Of a stretch of 64,000 nt of DNA, positions 48,332-60,000 are shown one piece after another. Source of the DNA: Amoebophrya sp. A120 (Eukaryota; Protista; Dinoflagellata); contig CAJINV010000004.1 in assembly GCA_905178155.1 (NCBI GenBank), forward strand, positions 6,550,828 through 6,614,827, read 5' to 3'. The stretch's first letter is position 1. Each line of letters begins with the position of its first letter. Below the pieces are notes generated by a model, which saw only the letters and a list, made by a program, of their open reading frames with translations, did no database searches and was not told the origin of the DNA. A program made the translations under genes and the position numbers.

Positions 48332-50308
48332 ATGTCTTCCCTCCTCGCCCAACCCCGGCTGGACCCGCAAGCCAGCCACAAGCTCGGCTTTGGCCGCAAG
48401 CACGCCACGGACTATTACGCCGACGCCGCTGGGATGCGTCCGAACTCCGCTGCGGGGAAAGACAAAAATGCCCACACGCGCAGCACCAACACTCTGCAGT
48501 CGCGGCAAATGGCGACGTTGCTACAACATCCTGATGGTCATTCTACTACTGCCACCACCGGTGGTACACGGGGCGAAAAGTTCGGCAAGAGCAAGGCCAC
48601 GCAAAGTACCACTTCTACGGAAACGATGAAAACCAACGCGATCACCGACGCAGCTGTGGTCCCCACTATCTCCGCGAGAAAGTTCCTGTCCATCGACCGT
48701 CAGCAGTGGGATCAGTGCAACCGCTTTGACGCGGAGCAGTACCGAATCAAGAAGAAAACGCCGACCATGCTGGTCTGCTCCCCTAGAACGGCCGCCAACA
48801 ACGTGTCGAAAACGCTTGCGGGGATTTGTCACGGACGCGCCCCGGCGGCCTTTTCGGAGAAAACTTTGACCGCCACCCGGGCGAACAAAGTGTCCAGCCG
48901 GTTTGAAGCGCAAGTTCCGTCTCAGAAGAGCAAAGAGTCAGCGACAAATTCTACTATCGACGGCGGAGATAGGGTCCTTACAACCACCACCAACATCGGG
49001 TACCAGACCAGTGTAAACGCGGACAAAACCTGGTACACGGAATTGAAGCAGAACGGCCAGCACGGAGATAAAATCGGATCATCAGCACATCAAGGAGGAA
49101 CTACTAATACTTCCAAGTCCACCGCCGAGGTGGTGAAAAGCAAAGCTTCCATCCTGCAGAACGACAGTATCCTCACTCCGAAAATCACCCGAGCGCCGCT
49201 CGGGTTCAAGCCGCAGCCGCGAACGCAGTTGCTGCAGACCGCTCGGAGCACGACGAAAGTGTGTGCGGACGCACGAGACGTGTACCGCGGAAAAAAGTGC
49301 GACTACAGTGCGAATATAGAGGAAACGATGGTGGCGCAAATGATGGTGGATAGTGATAATAGCAGTAGCAGTAGTTGTAGCGGTAAAAAGGGTGCATGTG
49401 TAAACCCGGTGAAGACATCATCCTGCTCCACGCCAGCGCCACCATCTTCGCACGGCACGATTCTGAAACCCGCGGGAACGTCGGTGCAGCTCGTCCGGGA
49501 ACGACAGCACGATATTCTGCCGGCGGACATGAGTAGAAGCGGAGGCAGTTGTTCGAACACCCAAGCTCCAGCCGAGTACGTGCCGGAGTCGCTTTTCGGG
49601 AAACCGCCGGAGATCCATTTCTCCTCGTTGAAAACGAAGTCATCTCCGAGGACGAGTCCAGGGCAGGCCGCTCCGGTAGTCCATCTTCTAGCGGGATCTC
49701 CTACTCCTGCGAGTAATGCGAACGGCAAATCATCTCCGCTGCTTTCCTCCTCTCCGATAAAGTCTAATTCCACCTCCCAGCAACAAAAATCACTTTCGCC
49801 GTCTCTGGACCCGAAAATAAAACAGCTGAAACTGTCGACCCGGGTGCTTTGGAGTGATAGTGAGAAGGCGGAAAATAAACCCACCGCGACAACCACTGCT
49901 AGTACAACGCTGTGGCCGGAGTATAAAAATGTCGGAGAACAACAATATAAGAAAAGCAGGGGCGACCACAAATCAACCACCGTCTCACCAGTTTCAGGAA
50001 AGAAGGCAAACAGCCCTTCCAGTGGCGGTTTCCGACAGGCCTGTGGGTCTTTTCGGAGTCCCCGGATGGCAGAACTAGCAGGCATTCGGCAGGACGTCGA
50101 CCAGATGTTTAATAATTCTTCCGGTACTGCAGTACTAGCTGCGTCGTCGACGCCAAAACAAGCTGGTGCGGCGAGGAACAAGACGAATGCATCCTCTGGA
50201 TTGAAAAGTAACAAGACTTCCACCGCCTCGCCCATCAAAATGAAGTACGGCCCGGCTCCGAACAGCAACGCTTTGGCGGCGAGAACCAAGCTGGCAACGC
50301 CGCACTGA
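48332..50308 (+). CDS. Intronless Ser/Thr/Lys-rich low-complexity hypothetical protein (658 aa)
   Basis: Long ORF flanked by T-rich intergenic DNA; no domain recognised. Confidence 0.7.
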   Translation: MSSLLAQPRLDPQASHKLGFGRKHATDYYADAAGMRPNSAAGKDKNAHTRSTNTLQSRQMATLLQHPDGHSTTATTGGTRGEKFGKSKATQSTTSTETMKTNAITDAAVVPTISARKFLSIDRQQWDQCNRFDAEQYRIKKKTPTMLVCSPRTAANNVSKTLAGICHGRAPAAFSEKTLTATRANKVSSRFEAQVPSQKSKESATNSTIDGGDRVLTTTTNIGYQTSVNADKTWYTELKQNGQHGDKIGSSAHQGGTTNTSKSTAEVVKSKASILQNDSILTPKITRAPLGFKPQPRTQLLQTARSTTKVCADARDVYRGKKCDYSANIEETMVAQMMVDSDNSSSSSCSGKKGACVNPVKTSSCSTPAPPSSHGTILKPAGTSVQLVRERQHDILPADMSRSGGSCSNTQAPAEYVPESLFGKPPEIHFSSLKTKSSPRTSPGQAAPVVHLLAGSPTPASNANGKSSPLLSSSPIKSNSTSQQQKSLSPSLDPKIKQLKLSTRVLWSDSEKAENKPTATTTASTTLWPEYKNVGEQQYKKSRGDHKSTTVSPVSGKKANSPSSGGFRQACGSFRSPRMAELAGIRQDVDQMFNNSSGTAVLAASSTPKQAGAARNKTNASSGLKSNKTSTASPIKMKYGPAPNSNALAARTKLATPH

Positions 50309-51035
50309 GAAGCGTGGTGCATCGTACAACTCAAAATAAGCAAAGTTTTGTTTCTTTCACCTCGTGTGCCATTCGCGCAATTGATTTTTCAAGTCAAGTA
50401 TTTGTTTTAGTTCTGGCTCTATGTAGTCGCGTTTATTTTTTTCGTGTCACGACGGTCTTTCCCCCGTTATTTCATCAGTTTCATTTTCATAGTTTTTCAA
50501 GGTTTGGAATGAAAAAAGATAATGATAAACAACGTAGAAGCTGTATGATATTTCACAAAAGGATCATGCTATTTCTATTCTGTACAATACAAATACGATA
50601 GCTACGATACGGTTAATTGTCATTCTCTAGCATGCTTTTAGGGTTGTGGGTGTTTGCAAGTAAAAAGCAGAAGTGATTCTGATAATCCGTTTGTTTACGA
50701 CGAAGAGACTGCGTCTGGTGCGTTCTTGTCTTTGATCTGCAAAGCAGATCTGATGCTGCGGGCAGCCAAGGAGTAAGTTGGCGATCTCAACAAGAGCAGG
50801 ACGAGTGCAGGCCAGAGCAATGAAAATTTGATTTTGCGGAGCGGGAATTGAAATTCACTGCTTCACGCTTCTGGAGAGAATAACTTAGTAAAAGTGAGTT
50901 GAGTCACTTCGTTCGAGGAGCGACAAGCCGCGTTTTTCCAACAAACTACTCTAAACCAACCACTACCATGACAATTGCGGGGCGAATAAAAGCCATCGAA
51001 AATAAATCATGTTTTCGGGAAATTCCCGCTAATAA

Positions 51036-54000
51036 ATGGCTCGTATTTTGCACTTCAAGAGGTGCACAGTGAGCCGGTGCACGGTGGGGCCGTCCTTTCG
51101 GCAGCGCTTCCATGCGCGTTTAGCCGAGCGGATTGCCGAATTGGAGAAGCAAGAGGCGGAAAAAGAGAACAAGGACGGTTCTTTATCTCCCGGCAGCGGT
51201 GCAAAAAAGCCCATCGCAAGTAAAGGCAAAAGCAAGGGCGGCAAGCTTGCGCAGGCAATACTCTCGCCGAAAAGTAGCGGCGCAGCAGCCGGGGCGGGTA
51301 AGAAGAGAGGAGAGTCGTCGCCGAAATCAGCGTCGGGAAACAAGAAGGATAAACATAAGTCGCCCAAAGCTTCAACAAGCCCAAAAACCGGGAGCAAGAA
51401 AACTTCTACCCCACCGAAAGAACAGGAGAAAGCGAAGGCAGAAATCGTTGAGAAAAAAGTAGAAGCTAAGCCGGATGACCCAGCTAAAACAGTACTAGAG
51501 CCTACTACGAACAACAAATTTGAGGCCAAGCCGCGTGGAGGTGAGCAACAGGTTGTTCCGAAGGAGCGCGCAACCGCGCCAGCCAGCTTTGCGCCGAGAG
51601 GCAGGGGGGACGATGAGAAGAAGGGGTTGGAGCTGAAGAAAGAGAAGGAAGTTGTTTCAGCGAAACCCAAGGAGGAGGAGCAGTCGCAAAAAGCCGAAGA
51701 CGCACGGAAAGACGCTGAGCAGCGACGGGAGGACTTGAGCAATGTGTTGAATAAGTACGGGGACGGTGGGTCAGCGAAAACAAGTACAACATATCAAATG
51801 CAAAAATGTCTGGGTCTGGGAGATTGCGAGATTGGCATGACTCTGAACTCTGTGTTCCATGGCCGCGAAGAGCTCCTCCTTCCTTTCATGCAAAAACGTA
51901 GTTTCTCATGCGGAGTACGCAACTCAGAGCCATGGAAAAAACTTGTCATGCTTGGCAGCGCATTATAGTGAGTTCACCATTCCATTTCTTGCATCACAAG
52001 TTTCCAGACCCAGATATTTTTGCATTTGATACAACAACCCCTGCTACTACCAGCACCGCGCCGCCCACAACCGACGCGGCGGACTCCAAGGTCGCAACCG
52101 AGCTCCGCGCCAAGGCGGCAGAGGATCCTCCTGCGGGAACCGCGACAGGTACTAGAGAGAGCGCAGCAGAGAAAGAAGGGGGAAGAACAAGTACCGCTGG
52201 TGCAAAAGCACCAACAGCAGCTGCTGGTGTTTCAGAAAACAACAAATCCACCACTGCTGCTGCGCCGAAGTTCGCAGCCGCTCCGAGGACAAGTGGCGCA
52301 GCAGCGGCTAAGGAAGAAAGGAAGTCTGGTCAACAAGAAGCTGTTGTTTCTGTTCCCACTACAGAACAGCAAGTAGAATCGAAAAAGGAGGACCAAACAC
52401 CAGCTGCACCAAAGCCCGAACCTCCGAAAAAGCCCACAGGGTCGCTCGTTGCGGCACTCGGCGCAAACAAAGCAGGGACATCAACTCCCGTTGCGAAGGC
52501 GGTTGCTGTTGTACCTGGTGGAAGCGAGGCGGCATCCTCGGCTGGTGTAGTTGTACCGGTCGCGAAAGCCGTTGTTCCGGCTAAAGCCGTCGCGGTAGCC
52601 ACCGAATTAGCATCTTCAAAGCCGGTCGTCGGTCCCGCCGCGAAGCAGCAGGCCAAAGCAGTCGTCGGAGTTGGGGCGAACAAGATGGGGAACTGCGCCA
52701 CCTCCACGGGCAACAAGGCCTCCACAAACCTGGAGCCGAAGGGAGTCGTGCCCGCGTATGAACTGCAAATATGTCTGGTTCTGGAAGAGTCGGGGCTTGT
52801 CATGCACATTTTGCATGACCCATCAGGTCTGCGATGCTGGTGTTAGCATCACAGATTTTTTGAGAGCTTCTTGATGCTAATTACGCATGGCAAATGCCCT
52901 CTCCGCGTGCCAAGAACTGACTCCTCTTTACTGCTCATGCAACACAGACATTTTTAGAATCCGCAGACAGCATTACAAGTTCCACTTTGTCAGACCCAGA
53001 CACTTTTGCATTTGATACCGCGGCGGCGGAGGCGAAAAAGGGGGAAGCGGTGGCCGCTCCGAAAAAACAGTTCTCCTGGGAGAAGAAACAGACGATCAAC
53101 AAAAAGGACTACATGCTCATGGACAGAAAGAATGAGGTATTTCTGATAATTTGCATCTGGGCATAGAAGATTTCAGAACCAAGATAATTTGGTGCGCTCG
53201 ATGAATCCTATCAATTGGGTCCAACGCATGATAATTGCTGAGACCTTGAAAAGACACAACTCTTAACCACAGGTAATCGTCAAAGAGGGCTTACAGCTGC
53301 AGCAATTTCTCGTTGACGGTTGCGAAAACTGCGACATTTTTGTCCTCGACCCCATGGCCACAGTGTCTGTCGATTACAGCAAAAATTGCAGGATCTTCAT
53401 GGCGCCGGTATTTTGTTGTTGTTTGTCATGCGGAAAAAGCATAGCCAGTGTAAAAAATGTAGTACAAAAAACAGCTACAGTGCAGTTCCAGATCGAATTC
53501 TTGACTCACATTTTGTTTTCGGTCCGACTTTGGTGTGAATTTTGTCCATAACATTTTTGCAGATCGAGTCCTCGATTTTCGTTCGCAACTGCGAGAACTG
53601 CCAGTTCGTGCTTATCAGATGCAAATATGTCTGGGTCTGAGAGATTCCGAAATTTGTCATGCAGTTTTTTCAAGCTCCCCCACGTCTAGAATGCAGGGCC
53701 TAGCATCACAGGTTCTGCAGCCCCTTGGTGATGCGTGGTCAGCATGGCCAGAAGTGGGCACCTTATTCACGTTGAGTACGCATCACAGATCTTTGTAGGA
53801 TCCGAAACACGCATCACAAGTTTGGATCCTTCCAGACCCAGACATATTTGCAGTTGATAGTGCTGTGCGTGCAGCAATTCCGGAGCCGGGAGTGCACCGA
53901 CTGCAAGATCGCGCTGTTCTCGCAAACCGACCCAATCATTGAGTACAGCAACAAAATGGAATTTTCCTGCTGGCCGATCTCCTACTTCAGCCTCAAGTCG

Positions 54001-55907
54001 CACCTGGACGTCTGCAAAATTAACCCGTACAGCAACAAGTGGAACAAAATTTTTGACTTCAACAAGAAGGACGACGGCAGTCTGAACTACAGTCTCTCCG
54101 CTGCCTACAACGCCAGCCGGGAAAAACTCGCCGAATTGATCGACTTTGCAAAGTGTACCAACACCGAGTTTCGGGACGAAATTTTTCAGTTTTTGGAAAA
54201 CCCCAACACGTTCGCCGCAATACCGGTCACCCTGGGGAAAGATACAGTACTACTAGAGTGCAGATTCTTTGAAGGAAGTGAAAAACGTTTGTTCATGTTG
54301 ACGGATGGTTTCACTTTCATCCGTGTTCGCGTTGCTGGTTAATCTCCGCATGTGACAAATTCAAATTTGAGTTTGAATTTTGCAAATTTTTCTTCGACGT
54401 CTCACAACATCAGGGCTCCAAGTTCGACACCAAACCCGAGAACCGCGTCTTCGTGTTATTCCTCGACACCGCGTATCAAATGCAAAAATGTCTGGGTCTG
54501 GAAGAGTGCGCGATTGGTCATGCAGCTTTTCCATGACCCACGAGGTCTGGAATGTAGGACCTAGCATGACAGATTCTGCGCGATCTCTCTCATGCCTATC
54601 CTGCATGAGAAACTCCCTCCCGACTTGGTCAAAACTGGGCGACTTTTGGTAATCATGCAACGCAGATTTTTCCATGCTTCGGATTTAGCATGACAAGTTG
54701 CTTTGTTCCAGACCCAGACATTTTTACATTTGACACCGCGAAGCTGGAGCTCTTCCTCCAGGCGTTTCACGACATATCCTGTGCAAAAGTATCGTAGTCG
54801 TACTAATTGCAAATATGCATGACAAATCTCCTTCCTAAGGTAAAACGGCATTACAAATTCCTTTTTTCTTCTTGCCAAAATTTGTGATGCAATTTATACT
54901 AGTGCGATACTCTTGCAATGCATACGACAAAAACTCCGGCAATTACGAGGTGCTGCAGACCCGGGTGCTAGGTCTGGACGAATCAAAAGCGAAGCAGCTG
55001 CAGGTGTTGGACGTAAAAGCGCTGGACTTCGGCCGCGGGGAGGTGCCCTGCATCGGGTTGGACCTCTGTGGGGAAGGGATCAACGCGAAGGTATTTAATA
55101 TTCCTGTTTGGGTTCTTCACACTTCTCAGGAGTGCATCGATGAGTAAGGTTATGCAGTTGTTCACTCGAGTATTTTGCTACCGCATGACGGCCCGCTAAT
55201 TGTTCGTATCATTACCAAGGTCTCCGATTTCGAGGAGGAGCTAAAGGGGTCCTTTGTCATCCCGCGCGAGCGGCTTACCGCTTTCGCGGAGTTGTTCTTT
55301 GTGACACTGTATCCACTGCAAATATCCCTGGATGTTGTCTGGAAAGAATGGGATCATTTGTGCAGGACAGGCGTGAGCAAGTCTTTGCGGGAGCTGTGAT
55401 GCTAGAGCATGCATCACAGGCATCGTGGCTCCCGTACAATTGTGCATGACAAGGGATTGTGCATGACAGTTCGCCTTGTTGCGGCTGCTCGCCATGAAAA
55501 CAACTACATTACATCTCGCCTCACTTTTTTAAGATGGGTTTTTTCGTACTTCGGACTGTGCCATAGTAGATGACTTTACCGCTTTTTTACTGTTCTTTTA
55601 TCCCTCAGCGCTGGTGGGTCTGCCGGCAAAGTTATCCCTACTCAGATGGCTACAAAGCTCATCCCGCAGCCGTCCCAGGAGCTCTTGTGGCTGTCTCTCG
55701 GTAGTGATCGCTTTGCCCGTGCTTATTCCACTCAGAGTTTGCTGGGTAGGTGGCTACCGTTTTAAGTTTATAAACGAATGGGACGCCCTGCCCTTAGCCT
55801 TCCAACATGACAAGCTCCCCGCCCATCTTCCAGACATCTAAGTAGGGATATTTGCATTTGATACGCTGAAGGACGACGAGGGAATGGCGCACGGAATCGG
55901 AAAGTGA
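51036..55907 (+). CDS. RP2: RP2/XRP2-like protein (TBCC/C-CAP beta-helix domain) with long Lys/Ala-rich N-terminal extension (multi-exon)
   Basis: FSWEKKQTINKKDYML, QQFLVDGCENCDIFVLD, SIFVRNCENC, QQFRSRECTDC, QTDPIIEYS and NKWNKIFDF match the RP2 cofactor-C domain. Start codon uncertain; stop TGA at 55905-55907. Confidence 0.8.
51792..52031. mobile_element. TIR introner, family A
   Basis: Family-A TIRs; DR caaca. Confidence 0.88.
52757..53017. mobile_element. TIR introner, family A (empty-site equivalent of the LINE-hit copy)
   Basis: Family-A TIRs; DR ccgcg; contains uninterrupted ctgctcatgcaacacaga. Confidence 0.88.
53613..53859. mobile_element. TIR introner, family A
   Basis: Family-A TIRs; DR gtgct. 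Confidence 0.88.
54474..54735. mobile_element. TIR introner, family A
   Basis: Family-A TIRs; DR ccgcg. Confidence 0.88.
54775..54924. mobile_element. TIR introner, family B
   Basis: Family-B TIRs; DR cgaca. Confidence 0.88.
55310..55863. mobile_element. TIR introner (family-A variant) enlarged by a nested insertion
   Basis: tatccactgcaaatatccct..tgtctggaa / ttccagaca..agggatatttgcatttgata; DR cactg/cgctg. Confidence 0.8.
55469..55805. mobile_element. 337-bp nested insertion with 7-bp TSD catgaca
   Basis: catgaca at 55462-55468 and 55806-55812; removal restores the usual gtgcatgacaag...cttccagac right arm. Confidence 0.6.
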
Positions 55908-57056
55908 GTGGTGGCGCCAGAGCCCGCTCATCTGCAGTTTGCAGCTATTCGGCCTGAGCTTGGGTCGCTGTCGAGAAGATTTTTTGTGGTACAAAGCACT
56001 GGTGGCGAATCGTCGGCGGGTGGGGGACGTGCCCACTTGCCGTTTGTGCTACTGTTGCGAACCTGGTGACTATTATATTCGTCGCAGAAATAAACTGCTA
56101 AGCATCGCATTCTATTGGCTTCTCATAAGTACATGAAAAGAAGAGCATAGAGGAAGAGAAAGTCCGACCAAAATAGTACACCAGTTGTCACGCGCCTAGT
56201 CACCTCTCCACGCCGTGGATGTTCGAAAATAAAGGAAGCATTTCGGTCTTCAGCAGTGTTGAGTCGGTTTTCTGTTACTTCTTTCGCTGCTGTGTTAAGG
56301 TCAACAACAAGAACGTCTCCCATTTTCATCGGTTTATTTTGTGCTTCGTACAACACCTAATGCCATCTTCGTGCTGCAGCTCGTCCAAAAGAAATTTCAA
56401 AAGAATCGGTACACGTAAACTCGAACACAAAAAAACGTTCCATCGGGCATTGAATGCGTGTACTTCTAAGAGCAACAAACTCGTGCAGTAAAAGGGGTCG
56501 GTCTCTGACTCTTGATGGTCAACAGCCTTTGATTTTTCCGTGCAAAAGTGGTATTCAAATCGTGCAGATGAAAAAGCAAACCGGTCGCCGTTTTTCGTGT
56601 CGGTAATACTAGGATGAATCTTATCTCAATGCAAAACATTACTGTTACAGGGCCCCATTTTGAATAAAACCTATCACTAATATTTCATTCCTTTGATGAG
56701 TAGCGGCATGATGATCACATCATCTTCAGTGTCTTTTACCAAGGGTCGTCGGCGGAATTGTCCGTTCTTCGCATCCTGTCAATAAGAAAAATCAAAATCC
56801 TAATCCCACTATGCGTGAAATAACCGGGTGGGGGTGTCGACGGTGCCGTGTCTGGGATTTCTAGGGCGCGGGGGCTGCATTTGTACCACTCAAAGCAGTG
56901 CCGGTCGTGATTTCTTACCAACACGCACGTCGACAGGGGAGGGTGACTTACTTACTGCTATTTTCGAGCTGAAACTACAATTTTTGGAATTGCACTAAGA
57001 AGAGCTGCCTCCCTAGGCGCAATTGTACTTAGTTTATTGAGTGCACCACGCGCAAG

Positions 57057-60000
57057 ATGGCGGAAGTTTTGCTAAAATTGGTGGAGGAGGGGCGATCCGA
57101 CTACGAGATCTGTCAGGGTGACTACGTGAAAAACCTGAAGCCCGGCGACCGCAACGTGGTGATAAAAACGTCGGGGGCGCGGCAGTTGACCGCGCTGTCG
57201 TTCGCGGCCTCGCTGAATTTGAACAAACTTTTGTCGCAGCTGCTCGACGCCGGGTGCGATCCCAACATCGGGAACCCGTCGGCCTTGCACTATGCGGCCT
57301 CCTCAGGGAACATAAACACGGTCCGACAGCTCATAAAACACGGAGCGGACGTCAATATAAGAGACGCGTATTTATTGATACATTTATTGTTGAATTTTGG
57401 TTGCTGTTGCTCGCTCTTCGTTCACTAAAAATAACGATTTGTGTGATTCGATTGATCTCAGATGTAACTACAGACCCGGATCTTCGCGCTCGGGTCGTGC
57501 CTAGGTGCTGGCACAAATAACGCAATTTTGGACGACTCTCGTGGCCTATGCCATGGTTCGTTATTTCTATGAATGGAAAGTAGACAAAATCAAAAACAGG
57601 TACGACCAAACACCCCTGTTTTTCGCCCGAAATGCAGAGACGGTTCACTACCTGCTTGACCACGCCGCAAACACGGATTTAAGGAACACGGCCGACCAAA
57701 CACCACTACACACACTCGCCTTCAACGGCTGCAGCGAGAGCTTAACGTAATTATACCAAAGCAGACCTTTCTTGAATTGTGATTGTCGCATGTTTTGTAG
57801 TTGCGCTTCCCGGTGGTAAGTACATTGATTTGTCTTTAAGTGAATCTTTTTCGTGTCGTCTATTTGTTCAAAATCCACTTCACCACACCAAAACAGGTAT
57901 CTGATGAAGGTCCTCCCGAAGGAAATGCTGGACTGGCCCGACCGGGCGGGAAGGACCTGTCTGCACCACGCAGAGTACCACTTCATTCAGGTTGGGGACC
58001 CGCATTGCGTGGCGTTGCTTCTCACCAACGGGGCCAATCACCTCTGCAAGACAAATAAGGGCATTGTCATCCAAACAGAAACCATGAACGCGGCGATTAC
58101 ACACGCAAAGGTATTATAAGGGTTTTTCTTTCTTCGCGGTAGTAGATCTCAATGAGAAACAAGTTGTAGCCTATCCTGGTGTTTATCTTCATCGTTGCTT
58201 TTTAGCAGGATCAAAGAGCCCCCTCTGCGAGATTGGCTTTTCGCATGGCAAATAATACTTTTTAATCATCGATGACAAAACAGCACCTCTCTGGCGCCGT
58301 GATGAGTGACGTGAACATTGAAGAAATGGAGCAGAACATCGCGGAAAACGCTGTTGCGGCGAAACTCCAGGCCGCCGCCCGCGGAAAAATGGCCAGGAAA
58401 AAAGTCGACGAGAAGAAGCAGCAAATGAAGTATAAGATGATATTTCTTGATTGTTCTTTTGCAAAGAACAGCACTTCACTCATGCATGGAAAAATGCAAG
58501 TTTTTGCCTCTGGGCACCACATGCATGATCATACATGCTCCAGCAGGGTCTTGCTCGCGAAATATATACTCCAAAGAAAAACTCCAAATTCCCATCATCT
58601 ATGAAAATCAGGCAAGAAGAGGAAGCTGCGGCCACCCGGGTGCAGAATCTGTATCGCGGGAAGATGGCTCGGAAGCAGGTCGGTGCGAAACGGCACCAGA
58701 AGGCGCGCAAGGAGCAGGAAAAGGAGCTGCAGGAGGTGTTAGGCGCCGAAGTCACCATCGACGAGGCGGAGAAGGCCGCGCAGAAGATGCAGGCTGGGTT
58801 TCGGGGCCGCAAAGCCCGAGATCGAGTGGACGACCTGAAGGTGGAAAACCGCTACAGCAAGCCGTTCGTGATGTCGACCACCAGTTTCCGCCCGCCCGAC
58901 GACCGCCCCCAGAAATTCACCGTCACCATCAAAAAAGAATCCACCGACGACACGCTAGGCCTTGTTTTCTTGAACGGCGAAAGCCACTTCCAGCACAACT
59001 TCCCCTCCGTCCCCGCGGAATACGCGCCGAAGGTACTTCATTTTTACTTGCTTCCTTGTCGTCTACTGGTTTCTCTTTTTACAAAATTCGCCGATTATGC
59101 GAAGTAGATGATAGGACGTTCTTCTTCTTGTGACTTCCTGCTTCTAGCTACGCGTGCTCGTCGCGGCTACACAAATCCTTGTTTTCAACTGTATCAGCGA
59201 AGCGCCGCTGACTAAGTGTTTTTTTGAATAGCATTTTCCAGCCACTGACTGACTATCATATCCAAACAGTGTCTCGTCGTTACCCGCATCGGGCTTGGCG
59301 CCGTCGTGGAGCATAACCGTACCATGGCCGAGGCGAGCAATGATTTGAACCACCAGATCCGGGTCTATGACCGGATATTGGCGGTCAACAAGGAGCAAGA
59401 CGTCGCGAAAATGATCGCCGCGATGCACAATTCGCAGACCCTGGAGTTCGAGCTCTCCATTGAGCGGTACCCAACGACCTTCCGGGTCAGTCTCGACCGG
59501 TCCGCGGGGAAGAAAATCGGGTTGTCTTTCGACCGCAAATACAGCAAAACCCACCTGCGCGTCCTCCACGTCAAGGGCGGGTCCGGCGGGGAGGCCGAGG
59601 CCGGCGGGGACGGCGGCGAGGCCGGGGGCGAACCCGTGGAGAAGGAAAGTCGGGAGACCTTACGGATTGCAAAAAAGTCTGGGTCTGCAAAGAGTGGAGC
59701 TTGTGATGCTGTCTTTGGATTCTAAGACAATCTGTACTGCATGACCAGCAAGACGAGGAGTCCAGTTTGTGCTGCGCGGAGAGTGTAATATTTCTCATGC
59801 GATAGAGGCATCGCAAAGCCCTCGACAAACCTGTGATGCTAGAGCATGCATCACAGACATCATGGGCCATTCAAAATATGCATGGCAAGCCTGGCAATCT
59901 TTCCGACCCAGACACTTTTGTATTCCATAGAAGTACGCGAAGAACAACTACGAACCAACGACGGTCGTAATGGCGCACAACGTGAACGCCGCGAAGGCGG

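Noticed and set aside
49303-50343. 346-aa minus-strand ORF and similar antisense ORFs (41975-42877, 26840-27616, 51029-51742)
   Set aside because: Shadows of GC-rich + strand coding sequence with no recognisable domains.
58209-58272. Apparent in-frame TAA between the ankyrin and IQ exons
   Set aside because: The in-frame acceptor at 58283 bypasses it.
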